Of a stretch of 64,000 nucleotides of DNA, positions 19,806 to 28,210 are shown piece by piece. A model generated the notes under the pieces. The model was not told where the DNA came from. It made no database searches and was given only the letters and a program-made list of their open reading frames with translations. Source of the stretch: Candidatus Bathyarchaeota archaeon (GTDB lineage Archaea; Thermoproteota; Bathyarchaeia; Bathyarchaeales; Bathycorpusculaceae); assembly GCA_963720565.1 (NCBI GenBank), contig CAVRFW010000009.1, positions 64,001-128,000 of the forward strand. The letters are read 5' to 3'. Made by a program: the position numbers and the translations under genes. The first letter of the stretch is position 1. Every line of letters begins with the position of its first letter.

Positions 19806-21332
19806 ATGAGCAGTAACGAGGAACCCAAAGTCGATCGCTTTATTGCTTACAATGTTCTGAAGAAGAAGATAATTGACTCTGACTTTTGCACGCTCTGCGG
19901 AGCCTGCGAAGCAGTCTGCCCCGTTAACGCTGTCCAGATTGAAGGGGACCAAGTTAAGCGAGTGCACAACTGCGCCGACGACTTAGACTTGTGTCCAATA
20001 TGCTACGAAATCTGCCCACACTCAGAAGCGCTTCTCCTAAGAATCCTAAAGAGAGTGTCAAAAGCTCCACTAAAGAACGAAGCTTTCGGTTACTATCGAA
20101 AAATCGTTATCGCACAAGCAGCGGACGAGAACCTGAGAGTTCAGAGCAGTGGCGGTGGCGTTGTTACCGCCCTCTTGAAATTTGGCGTGGAAACCAAGGA
20201 GTTTGACAGCGCAATAGTATCTTCTGCAGAGCAAGAGAGTCCATCTACGCCTAAGGCATCGGTTGCTTTGGTTCCTGATGATGTAATTTCAGCAATTGGC
20301 AGCAAGTTTTTTCCTTCTTCAGTTGCAAAGGCTTACGGAAGCGCAGTATTGGGGTACGGAAAAACAAAGATTGCCTACGTCGGGGTTCCCTGCCACACCC
20401 GTGCCCTTCGCAAAATAGAAGCTTGGCAACATAAGATAGGGCAGAGTCTGAAGATAAGCATCGGTCTATTCTGCTTCGGAACCTTTTCACACGCTCCTCT
20501 GTTGGAGCATTTGGAAAGAAAGTACAAGATTAATGCTGCAGACATTAAGCAGATACGTTTATCAAAAGATTTTGTGATTCACACAGCCAAAGGCATCGTA
20601 AGAATTCCACTTCAGGAGATAGAAGAGCATATTATGCCTAGTTGTGGTGTGTGTACCGATTTCACCGATGAACTCGCCGACATTTCCGTTGGAGGCGCAT
20701 ATCCACTGGAAGGATGGTCTACAGTGATTATCAGAACTAAGATTGGAGAAGACTTCTTCAACACAGCTGTGGAAAAAGGGGTTCTGAAAGTTCAACCGAT
20801 AGAAGACCAGCCGAGTGTTTATGAACGAGTCATTCGAGCAGCAATGCAGAAAAGAACTGCTGGACTCAAGAAAGCCGGAGAACTCGAGAAAACCTATGGA
20901 TACACTTTTGTATCTACGATTCCGCTTAGAGAAACCGAATCTCTCGCTCGTGTAAAAGTTGAGGATGTTATGACTCGAGATGTCGTAACAGTAAATGAAA
21001 AACTAACAATCGACAAGCTACTGGACTTGATGGTGAGGGAACACCACTTCGGATACCCAGTTCTTGATGAGAAAGGTGATTTGGTTGGAGTGGTAACGTT
21101 GGAAGAGGCTTCGCAGATTGAAAAGCAGAAGAGGCGCGAAATAAGAGTTGAACAAGTAATGCGCAGAAAAATTGTCACAGTAATACCGGGCGAAACCGGA
21201 CTTGACGTCTTCAAGAAGATGAGCGAGCAAGAGATGGGCCGCGCGGTTGTGGTTGACCCGAACAACAGCTCCCAACTGCTTGGAATAGTTACCAAATCCG
21301 ATCTAATAGAAGTACTATTGAACCAGTCATAA
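19806..21332 (+). CDS. Coenzyme F420 hydrogenase beta subunit (FrhB/FdhB) family protein fused to a C-terminal CBS pair
   Basis: CTLCGACEAVCP ferredoxin, SSGGGVVTALL, VGVPCH, IGLFCFG, CGVCTDFTDELADISVG, GWSTVIIRT; then VEDVMTRDVVTV...GIVTKSDL. Confidence 0.85.
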   Translation: MSSNEEPKVDRFIAYNVLKKKIIDSDFCTLCGACEAVCPVNAVQIEGDQVKRVHNCADDLDLCPICYEICPHSEALLLRILKRVSKAPLKNEAFGYYRKIVIAQAADENLRVQSSGGGVVTALLKFGVETKEFDSAIVSSAEQESPSTPKASVALVPDDVISAIGSKFFPSSVAKAYGSAVLGYGKTKIAYVGVPCHTRALRKIEAWQHKIGQSLKISIGLFCFGTFSHAPLLEHLERKYKINAADIKQIRLSKDFVIHTAKGIVRIPLQEIEEHIMPSCGVCTDFTDELADISVGGAYPLEGWSTVIIRTKIGEDFFNTAVEKGVLKVQPIEDQPSVYERVIRAAMQKRTAGLKKAGELEKTYGYTFVSTIPLRETESLARVKVEDVMTRDVVTVNEKLTIDKLLDLMVREHHFGYPVLDEKGDLVGVVTLEEASQIEKQKRREIRVEQVMRRKIVTVIPGETGLDVFKKMSEQEMGRAVVVDPNNSSQLLGIVTKSDLIEVLLNQS

Positions 21333-21406
21333 CAAACACCAAAACAGGACCAATTGGCAACCCAAATGTTAAGCGTTTCCTGATCGAACTTGAAAGGGGG
21401 TTAGGC

Positions 21407-22186
21407 ATGCCTTTCAGAGCAAGAATCAAAGAAATTGCAAAGAAAAACGAGTCCAACATTGTCTTAGCGCTGGATTTCCCATTTCACAATCCAGAAAAAC
21501 GCGGAGAGCTTTTCGGCAAAGCACAGAGTGTTCTGGAGTCTGTTCATCCATACATATGCGCTGTGAAAATAAACCATCATCTGGTTCTTCCTCTCGGCAC
21601 TTTTGAAGGGGTCCAGCAACTCGTAGAGAAGATTCATGAGGAAGGACTGCTAGCAATCATGGACTGCAAAGTAAACGATATAGGCTCAACGAACCAGGTC
21701 ATAGCTGAATATTATTACTCTGCAGGTTTCGATGCGCTCATTGCAAATCCGTTCGTAGGCTGGGAGGAAGGATTGCAACCTATCTTCAGCGTCGCGCGAA
21801 AACTTCAACGTGGTGTGATACTTCTAACGTATATGAGTCATCGCGGAGCAAATGAAGGCTATGGTCAGACAATATACGACTTGGAAACAAATGCAAAGGG
21901 CGCACAATACATTTCTTTCGCAAGAAAAGCCCTAAGATGGGGTGCTGATGGCGTGGTTGTAGGAGCAACATACCCCGATAAGATAAGGGAAATACACGAG
22001 ATACTGAAGGAAAAGGTGCCTATTTACTCGCCTGGCATTGGTGCTCAAGGTGGGGCAGTGGAGAAAGCCATGGATGCTGGTGCAAATTACCTTATTGTAG
22101 GGCGTGAGATAACTCTTGCAGACAACCCTTCAGATAAAGCAAAGAGATTCAAAGAGTCAATTAAACATAAAGTCATATTCGGATGA
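21407..22186 (+). CDS. pyrF: Orotidine 5'-phosphate decarboxylase
   Basis: LALD, DCKVNDIGST, SPGIGAQGG, IVGREI. Confidence 0.95.
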   Translation: MPFRARIKEIAKKNESNIVLALDFPFHNPEKRGELFGKAQSVLESVHPYICAVKINHHLVLPLGTFEGVQQLVEKIHEEGLLAIMDCKVNDIGSTNQVIAEYYYSAGFDALIANPFVGWEEGLQPIFSVARKLQRGVILLTYMSHRGANEGYGQTIYDLETNAKGAQYISFARKALRWGADGVVVGATYPDKIREIHEILKEKVPIYSPGIGAQGGAVEKAMDAGANYLIVGREITLADNPSDKAKRFKESIKHKVIFG

Positions 22187-22211
22187 AGGCTGTCAGAGAT
22201 TTGCTTGGAGC

Positions 22212-22367
22212 TTATCGGCCACTGCGTTTCTCCCAGAGCTCTTTTTTCAGCAGATCCCTAACCGATGATCTTATTACTGAACTTCTGCTTGGATACATGT
22301 TAGCTCGCACAAGCTCGTCCAAACCTTCGAGATAAGCCTCTGGTAGAAGAACCGTTACAAGTTTCAA
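22212..22367 (-). CDS. Ribbon-helix-helix (CopG/Arc/MetJ) DNA-binding protein, 51 aa (not in ORF track)
   Basis: Manual translation MKLVTVLLPEAYLEGLDELVRANMYPSRSSVIRSSVRDLLKKELWEKRSGR; TTG start with AGGAGG upstream. Confidence 0.85.
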   Translation of the reverse strand: MKLVTVLLPEAYLEGLDELVRANMYPSRSSVIRSSVRDLLKKELWEKRSGR

Positions 22368-22385
22368 CCATTTCCCTCCTCAATT

Positions 22386-22468
22386 ATGTTACGCATATAA
22401 CATGTGACAAATATAAAACTTGACATGGAACGGTGACCTCTACTTTCTTAACCTCCAACATGTTGGAG
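22386..22468. promoter_or_regulatory. Two palindromes upstream of the RHH gene: ATGTTA-N6-TAACAT (22386-22403) and perfect CTCCAACATGTTGGAG (22453-22468)
   Basis: Seen directly; they flank a minus-strand TTTTATA box near 22412-22418. Confidence 0.5.
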
Positions 22469-22522
22469 TTATTGCTAAAAACACAGTATAAGATGGCGCA
22501 GGTTGTTATAAATTATTCATTT

Positions 22523-22981
22523 TTAAGGGTTGTATTTTTCGCAGTACACTTCTGCAGTTGGATAAATTTCGCTCACGCGTTGAAACCGTTTCCTAGCGTT
22601 GATTTTGTCCTCGGTCTTAACAACATCACTCATCTTGCTAAAGCGCTCAGTCTTGCCGTCTTCTCGTTTTCTTTCAATCTTTATGCAGTCCTTAACCATG
22701 CAGCTTAACACGCAGGCACTGCAGTACACACATAGCTCGTCAATAACCCCCACCTCGCCTGTCTTCCAGTAAAGTGCGCTTGTAGGACATGCCTTAATGC
22801 AGAGCTTGCATTCTAATCCCCAGCATGTTCGTTTGTCGATACTGATTTTTCCTTCTGGAAAATATTCTTTCACACCAGCTGTGGCTAACATCTGTTCTCG
22901 CTGTTTCTTCTTCGTCCCCTTTTCTTCCTTTTCCAAGAGCAAACCAAAAATGTCAATGGACGGGGCGCTCTTCTCAGGCAT
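22523..22981 (-). CDS. 4Fe-4S dicluster ferredoxin-domain protein
   Basis: CWGLECKLCIKACP and CVYCSACVLSC. Confidence 0.8.
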   Translation of the reverse strand: MPEKSAPSIDIFGLLLEKEEKGTKKKQREQMLATAGVKEYFPEGKISIDKRTCWGLECKLCIKACPTSALYWKTGEVGVIDELCVYCSACVLSCMVKDCIKIERKREDGKTERFSKMSDVVKTEDKINARKRFQRVSEIYPTAEVYCEKYNP

Positions 22982-23197
22982 CTGAAATCCTCATTAAACC
23001 ATCGCAGCTTACAGCGTATAATACTCATGAATTATAATTACTTATCTCAGCTCAACTTTGGAAAAGATCATTTGAAGAGTCAGGGCAAAGAGTAAACATC
23101 TTGACGACATTCATCCAATAGACAAGGTGTTTGTAAAGCAAAAAAATAAGTGACAAAAAAATTCTGTTTTCTATGGAAACCGGATTAAGCTATGAGC

Positions 23198-23335
23198 TTA
23201 ATATCTTCGCGGCGGCCTTCTTTTGGCGTAGCACTCTCGGCAATAAACTGGTCTGCTTCCGTCTGGCTTGAAGGGAACGTCACATTCCTTTCCACAGTCG
23301 GCGCAGGTTGCCTTGTGCATTTCTTTCTTATACAT
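23198..23335 (-). CDS. CxxC-x17-CxxC domain small protein, 45 aa (not in ORF track)
   Basis: Manual translation MYKKEMHKATCADCGKECDVPFKPDGSRPVYCRECYAKRRPPRRY. Confidence 0.9.
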   Translation of the reverse strand: MYKKEMHKATCADCGKECDVPFKPDGSRPVYCRECYAKRRPPRRY

Positions 23336-23564
23336 TATGTTGTTTCAACTCCTCTGTCCTGTTATGTGCAAAATACTTTTGCACAATTGAGATATGAAGC
23401 ACTATGTTTTAAACTTATCCACGTTCTAATGCTCAATTTCTATGATGTCAGATCTGGAAAGAATAGTGTTGAAGAAATTAGGGCTATTCCGGAGTCTTTG
23501 CTGCGCAAGGTTTTTGAGAAATCAGCAATTTTCATTAAACAGAAATACATTAGATTAATCAGAT

Positions 23565-24209
23565 GTGCAGTTGAGAAGAATTAACTTTGTAATATTCGGG
23601 TGCATTGTTGTTTCTCTTGTTTTCTGGTTTACCAACCCAGACCTCATACTGGAACATCTCGCCTTCAGCGGAGATAACCTGATTCGAGGAAGAGTCTGGA
23701 CGATGATTACCTCCCTTTTCATCCACGCCGACCCCCTTCACCTCATTGGCAACATGCTTTTTCTCTATGTATTTGGCAATACAATAGAAGAGGAACTAGG
23801 ATCTAACAAGACAATAGGCGCATTTTTCTTTGGAGGAATCTTATCTTTTCTTCTCAGTCTACTGTTTTACAATCCATCGGTTCCCTTGATCGGAGCGTCA
23901 GCGGCTATATTTACACTTGCTTCAATAGTCATGCTTACTAAACCTCTTAAATTCTCGATTATACTCTTTATGCCTCAGGGTCTCGTGGCCATTCTCTATT
24001 TCGTCTACAACGCGATCGCCGTGTATTCTGGAGCTGAAGGTAATGTAGCATACATCTCCCACATGATAGGTTTCGCAATAGGTATTCCCTTTGGGCTGTC
24101 ATGGAGCAAAGACTGGATTAGAAATCTTCTAATAACCTTAGCACTGTTGGCGGCATACATCCTTATAGTAATCATTCTGGTTCCCTATGTTCTCAGCTTG
24201 ATCACATAA
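23565..24209 (+). CDS. Rhomboid family intramembrane serine protease
   Basis: WTMITSLFIHADPLHLIGNM, GASAA, AYISHMIG. Confidence 0.9.
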   Translation: MQLRRINFVIFGCIVVSLVFWFTNPDLILEHLAFSGDNLIRGRVWTMITSLFIHADPLHLIGNMLFLYVFGNTIEEELGSNKTIGAFFFGGILSFLLSLLFYNPSVPLIGASAAIFTLASIVMLTKPLKFSIILFMPQGLVAILYFVYNAIAVYSGAEGNVAYISHMIGFAIGIPFGLSWSKDWIRNLLITLALLAAYILIVIILVPYVLSLIT

Positions 24210-24322
24210 ACACAGTTCTGGCCTCTGCAAAACAGCTAGGCATAGTAACGACAATTGTGCGCGTCCTCAAACATATTCCTTATAACCAAGATAGTGCACC
24301 CTTCAAAAGGGCGAAAGTAAGA

Positions 24323-24508
24323 ATGTGTGAATTTAACGTCATCCTCAACGGAAAGACACTCTTCAAAGATGTAGTATACGCCAAAGTCGAAGGCAACAAC
24401 GTTACTGTTAGGAACGTGTTAGGAGAAGCCAAACTATTCCAAAACTGCCTGATAATCGAAGTCGACGTAAACTCAGCCCGGCTAGTTCTGGAAGCCTTGA
24501 AATCATAG
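24323..24508 (+). CDS. CooT-family small nickel-binding protein
   Basis: MCEFNV...KDVV...RNVLGE pattern, 61 aa. Confidence 0.7.
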   Translation: MCEFNVILNGKTLFKDVVYAKVEGNNVTVRNVLGEAKLFQNCLIIEVDVNSARLVLEALKS

Positions 24509-24590
24509 AAGCCCAGATGAGCAACCTCTTTCACATGGAGCTCAACCATTGACTGTATGCGCTCTTGACTGCCAGAGGCGGTGAAAGCGG

Positions 24591-24857
24591 TTGGCGTTCT
24601 ACGTATACATACTTCTGTGCATTGATGGAAGCTTCTACACCGGTTACACAAAGAATATTCAAGTAAGAACACGACTCCACGTCAACGGCAAAGGCGCTAG
24701 GTACACGAAAGCTCACAAGCCACAAAAAGTCGTCTATGTTGAGCTCTTTGATTCTACTGCAAAAGCTATGAAGCGTGAGAAAGAGATAAAGAAGATGTCA
24801 CATAAGCAAAAGCTCCAACTTGTCAACTTCCAAAAAGATGATGAACAACCTAAGTAG
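24591..24857 (+). CDS. GIY-YIG family nuclease (UPF0213/YhbQ-like)
   Basis: YVYILLCIDGSFYTGYT...RLHVNGKGARYTK...AMKREKEIK. Confidence 0.9.
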   Translation: MAFYVYILLCIDGSFYTGYTKNIQVRTRLHVNGKGARYTKAHKPQKVVYVELFDSTAKAMKREKEIKKMSHKQKLQLVNFQKDDEQPK

Positions 24858-24913
24858 TGCTTTGTTGGAGAAAGTTTGATAAAAACGTTGAAGAATTATT
24901 ATTTGGTGATCTT

Positions 24914-25387
24914 ATGCCAACAAAGAAGCGGTCTTGGAACGAGAAGCTAAATGAAAGCACGGGGCTTCCCCGAGTAGAGAAAATCACAGACAAAATGAGC
25001 AAAAAGTGGGGAGAAGGTACGGTTGCAATTCCAGCCCCCATAGAGGTGGATGAGATAATGCGGGGAATTCCATCAGGAAAATTAACAACCATAAATGACA
25101 TACGTTTTGCCCTCGCAAAAAAACACAAAGCCACCATCGGTTGCCCTATGACTACAGGTATATTCGCATGGATCGCTGCCTATGCAGCAGACGAGAGAAA
25201 ACGATGCGGTGAGAAGAACATAACGCCTTACTGGCGAACGTTAAAATCAGGAGGCTTATTGAACGAAAAATATCCAGGCGGAATCGAAGCGCACAGACAA
25301 CTCCTGGAGAAGGAAGGGCACACTATAGTTGCCAAAGGAAAGAAATTCATGGTTCTCAATTACGAAGAATCCTTAATCCACATGTGA
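24914..25387 (+). CDS. MGMT/alkyltransferase-like DNA-binding protein
   Basis: IPSGKLTTINDIR, CPMTTGIF, TPYWRTL. Confidence 0.75.
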   Translation: MPTKKRSWNEKLNESTGLPRVEKITDKMSKKWGEGTVAIPAPIEVDEIMRGIPSGKLTTINDIRFALAKKHKATIGCPMTTGIFAWIAAYAADERKRCGEKNITPYWRTLKSGGLLNEKYPGGIEAHRQLLEKEGHTIVAKGKKFMVLNYEESLIHM

Positions 25388-25405
25388 AAAGACGGCGCAA
25401 TTTTG

Positions 25406-26650
25406 TTATGCTATAAACCATAATGCCAAACCAGTGAATACTGGTATTAGGATGTTATCGTTTACTGGCAAAGGCAACCATTCGACGGTCATTGCAACCG
25501 CAGCGCCAATTAGAGCCCAAAATGGAGATATGTAGACTGACCCCGCCAAAAAGGCAAAAAAGAAACCAGCTAGCGACCCCTCCAGAGTTTTGCCTTTGTT
25601 AAACGGTAGAGGTGTTCTAGAAATGAGTCCTCCGAAAATTGATGCTGTGCTATCGCCTAGAGCAAATATGGCAATGGCTGCGCTACTTGCGGGAGCGGGA
25701 AACAACAATAATGCTGCAAGTATGCCTATTGCAAAGTATATTGGTGCAGCTGCAAAATCGTACATTTCTGATTGAGAAGCTGCACGACGTGTTATAGCTG
25801 AAATAACCGGCAGATTCTTCCCGTCTAACCTTGACAATTCGGAAACAGCATAAAGCGTTATCACTCCGAAAATCAGCAAAGCAACAATTGGCAGACCGAT
25901 AAGGCTGGAGATTAATGGCACAAAGAATCCTGAAGCGTGAATTGCCTCCCTAACGAAATCATTTCTAGAAAGAACTGGTTTCTTCTTCGGTTCTCCTGTA
26001 ATGACCGGCAGGATTTTGGAGAGGTGCCCTGTAACTACATCGTCGGCTTTGATACGCAAAAGGAAGTCTGGGTTGTATCCTATCTTGAGGGTTTCGGGAA
26101 GAAAAATTGAAGCGTTGTTGCGATCATCAGCCACAACTGCGCAGTCAGATGGACTCAGCCCTTCAGCACTTATAGCTTGAGAAAAAACCCGGAGTTTTCC
26201 GTTCGTTTCTATGACATCACCCCAGATTTCACCAGTCAATGTCCCGCTGTTTGCACCCACTTCAAACCCAAACCCGCTGTCTGCCCCGACTGTGTTGGCT
26301 AGTCTTTTGACAAGGGCATCCGGTAATCCTGAGCTTATTAGCGCAGTTTTGCAGCCTACTGCTCTAAGCTGGTTAAAAACTTCTCTGACATGTGGCATTA
26401 GGGGAATTCTATCAGCAATCTGCTCAAGGAATTCGATTTTCGAATCTCGTAAACACATGAAACTGCGTTTTAATGCCACTTTCAGTGTGATGGCGCCTAC
26501 CTGATAAAGAAACCCCGCAAAAACTATCTTCATCAGTCTTGAAATACCCAAGCTTTTGCCCGCTTCAAAGAAGAATCGATTTTTCGAAATCAGCACTCCC
26601 TCAACATCGAAGACTACAAACAACGGTTTTCTGGTTTTTGCCATCTGCAC
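25406..26650 (-). CDS. Fusion of SerB-like HAD phosphatase and dolichol/phytol kinase (CTP_transf_1) domain
   Basis: VFDVEGVL, LISSG, K, ADDRNN in the N-half; REAIH, GDSTASIFG, KGKTLEGSLAG, DNILIP in the TM C-half. Confidence 0.8.
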   Translation of the reverse strand: MQMAKTRKPLFVVFDVEGVLISKNRFFFEAGKSLGISRLMKIVFAGFLYQVGAITLKVALKRSFMCLRDSKIEFLEQIADRIPLMPHVREVFNQLRAVGCKTALISSGLPDALVKRLANTVGADSGFGFEVGANSGTLTGEIWGDVIETNGKLRVFSQAISAEGLSPSDCAVVADDRNNASIFLPETLKIGYNPDFLLRIKADDVVTGHLSKILPVITGEPKKKPVLSRNDFVREAIHASGFFVPLISSLIGLPIVALLIFGVITLYAVSELSRLDGKNLPVISAITRRAASQSEMYDFAAAPIYFAIGILAALLLFPAPASSAAIAIFALGDSTASIFGGLISRTPLPFNKGKTLEGSLAGFFFAFLAGSVYISPFWALIGAAVAMTVEWLPLPVNDNILIPVFTGLALWFIA

Positions 26651-26794
26651 GTGTTTTTCACATCTGCTGAACTGTACAGCTTAATTGCAAGGGGCTTAAA
26701 TTTGTTTTACAGTTAGAATGGATTGCGATCCATTGGGCAACCCGTGCTGCTAAGATGTTTGACTGCAAATAGTGCTTCCTTTTATCTGTTCAAT

Positions 26795-28126
26795 TTAGAG
26801 GGTTTCAGTTGTTTGTTTTAGGGGGCATCCTGCTCCGCATGTGTTTAGGGTTGGGCATTCGTGGCATTTTTCTGGCGCGTATTTTCTTTGGCGAATTTTT
26901 TGGCAGGTTGGGTGTTGCCAGATGGTTTGCCAGTCATCCGTTAGTATGTTTCCCAGCGGGGCTATATTGTAGCTTTGACAGGGGATAACTGTGCCGTCGG
27001 GTTCGGTTGCCATGTTAATTCTGCAGGCGCTACAGGTTTTTAGTCCCAATTCGAGTTCCAGAGGATTAAGTTCGCAGTATTGGGTTGGCGTGTACCAGGT
27101 GAACTCCATGCCCAAATGTCGCGCTTTGGTGGTTATGCGTGTTAGGATGGGTTCTAATGTGGACTTCGTTTAGTGCGAAGGTTTTAGCTACTTCGGGTGC
27201 CTTTCCTGAATAGATTAGGCTGTTGCAGGCGAATTGTTTGAGTCCTAGACCATGAAGGAAATCTATTGTTTGTTCAATGTCTTCCACGTTGTATTGGTTT
27301 AGAGTGGTGTTGCTGATTGTGTAGATTGGCGTTTCGATTGCGTTTTTAAGCCTTGTATGGTTTCTTGCCAAGCTGCCCGGAGCGTCGGTTATTTTGTCGT
27401 GGATCTGAGGATTGTGGGATTCGACGGTTATTTGAATGTGGTCTAAGCCTGCGTCTATCAGGGATTGGAGGTAGGTTTTGTCTTTGAGCTTTCGTCCGTT
27501 GGTGACTAATCCGCTGACAAGTTCCCTTTTCTGGGCATGTTCAATTAGCACAGGTAGGTCCTCTCGTAAGGTGGGTTCTCCGCCTGTGAAAACCATGTGC
27601 GGGATGCCTATGTCGTGGAGTTTGTCAATGTAGCTATCCATTGTTGGGTATTAAGTTCGGCAGTTTGCTTGGGACCTCCGGCATAGCAGTGGATGCATCT
27701 GTTGTTGCATTTGTAGGTTAAGGCGAGGTCCATTCGGTAGGGTGCGCTTAGCTCTTTTTGGAAGGGTTCGATTTTTTGTACGTTTAGGTATGAGACGGGG
27801 CAAACGTCAGGGGTTTTTGCGAAGGTGTTTATGGTGTATAGGGTGTCTTGGTAGTCTTTGTTGGCAGTCTTCTGCGTCGACTTTGTAGTGTTTGAGGATG
27901 TTTCGGACAGTTTGTTGCTGGGTTTCGCCTCTGGTGAAGCCGTGGACGATTTCTGTTGCAGTCTTGTTTAGGAAGAGGACTCTCGACGCGTTAATTACTA
28001 GAACACTTGAACCGTCTCTTTCAAGTCGCAAGTGAAGGCGAAGTCCAGCGTATGTCACCTTCTTGGACCTTTAGATGATGAAGCACTTCTCTGAGGTTTG
28101 GGATGGAGTTTTTCTAGGATTTTCAT
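26795..28126 (-). CDS. Radical SAM/SPASM enzyme with N-terminal PqqD/RRE-like domain; several frameshifts
   Basis: Rebuilt across frames: ATG 28126; LHLRLERDGSSVLVINASRVLFLNKTATEI (PqqD-like); APYRMDLALTYKCNNRCIHCY (CxxxCxxC at 27686-27709); FTGGEPTLR; SPASM CSAC...PCQ...CHECPTLNTCGAGCP. Confidence 0.85.
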
Positions 28127-28210
28127 TCAGTGAGCACCTCCGCCAGCACATGCACAAGCGCAACTCACGCAGGCGCATGCGCAGGCGCATGAGTGGCAGG
28201 CGCAGACGCA
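28127..28210 (-). repeat. Low-complexity (TGC GCN)n repeat encoding the Cys-Ala tail
   Basis: Plus strand shows gcaggcgcatgcgcaggcgcatg-type repeats; third-position variation (TGC/TGT, GCC/GCA/GCT) fits protein-level selection. Confidence 0.8.

Noticed and set aside
23192..23584. 130-aa plus-strand ORF
   Set aside because: Overlaps the convincing minus-strand CxxC-x17-CxxC gene and its promoter; no motif.
24591..24857. GIY-YIG protein as a homing endonuclease or mobile element
   Set aside because: Short stand-alone UPF0213 type; no intron, terminal repeats or integrase nearby.
28140..28210. GCAGGCGCAT-type repeats as a CRISPR or DNA-level repeat
   Set aside because: No spacers, too short, and fully explained by Cys/Ala codons.
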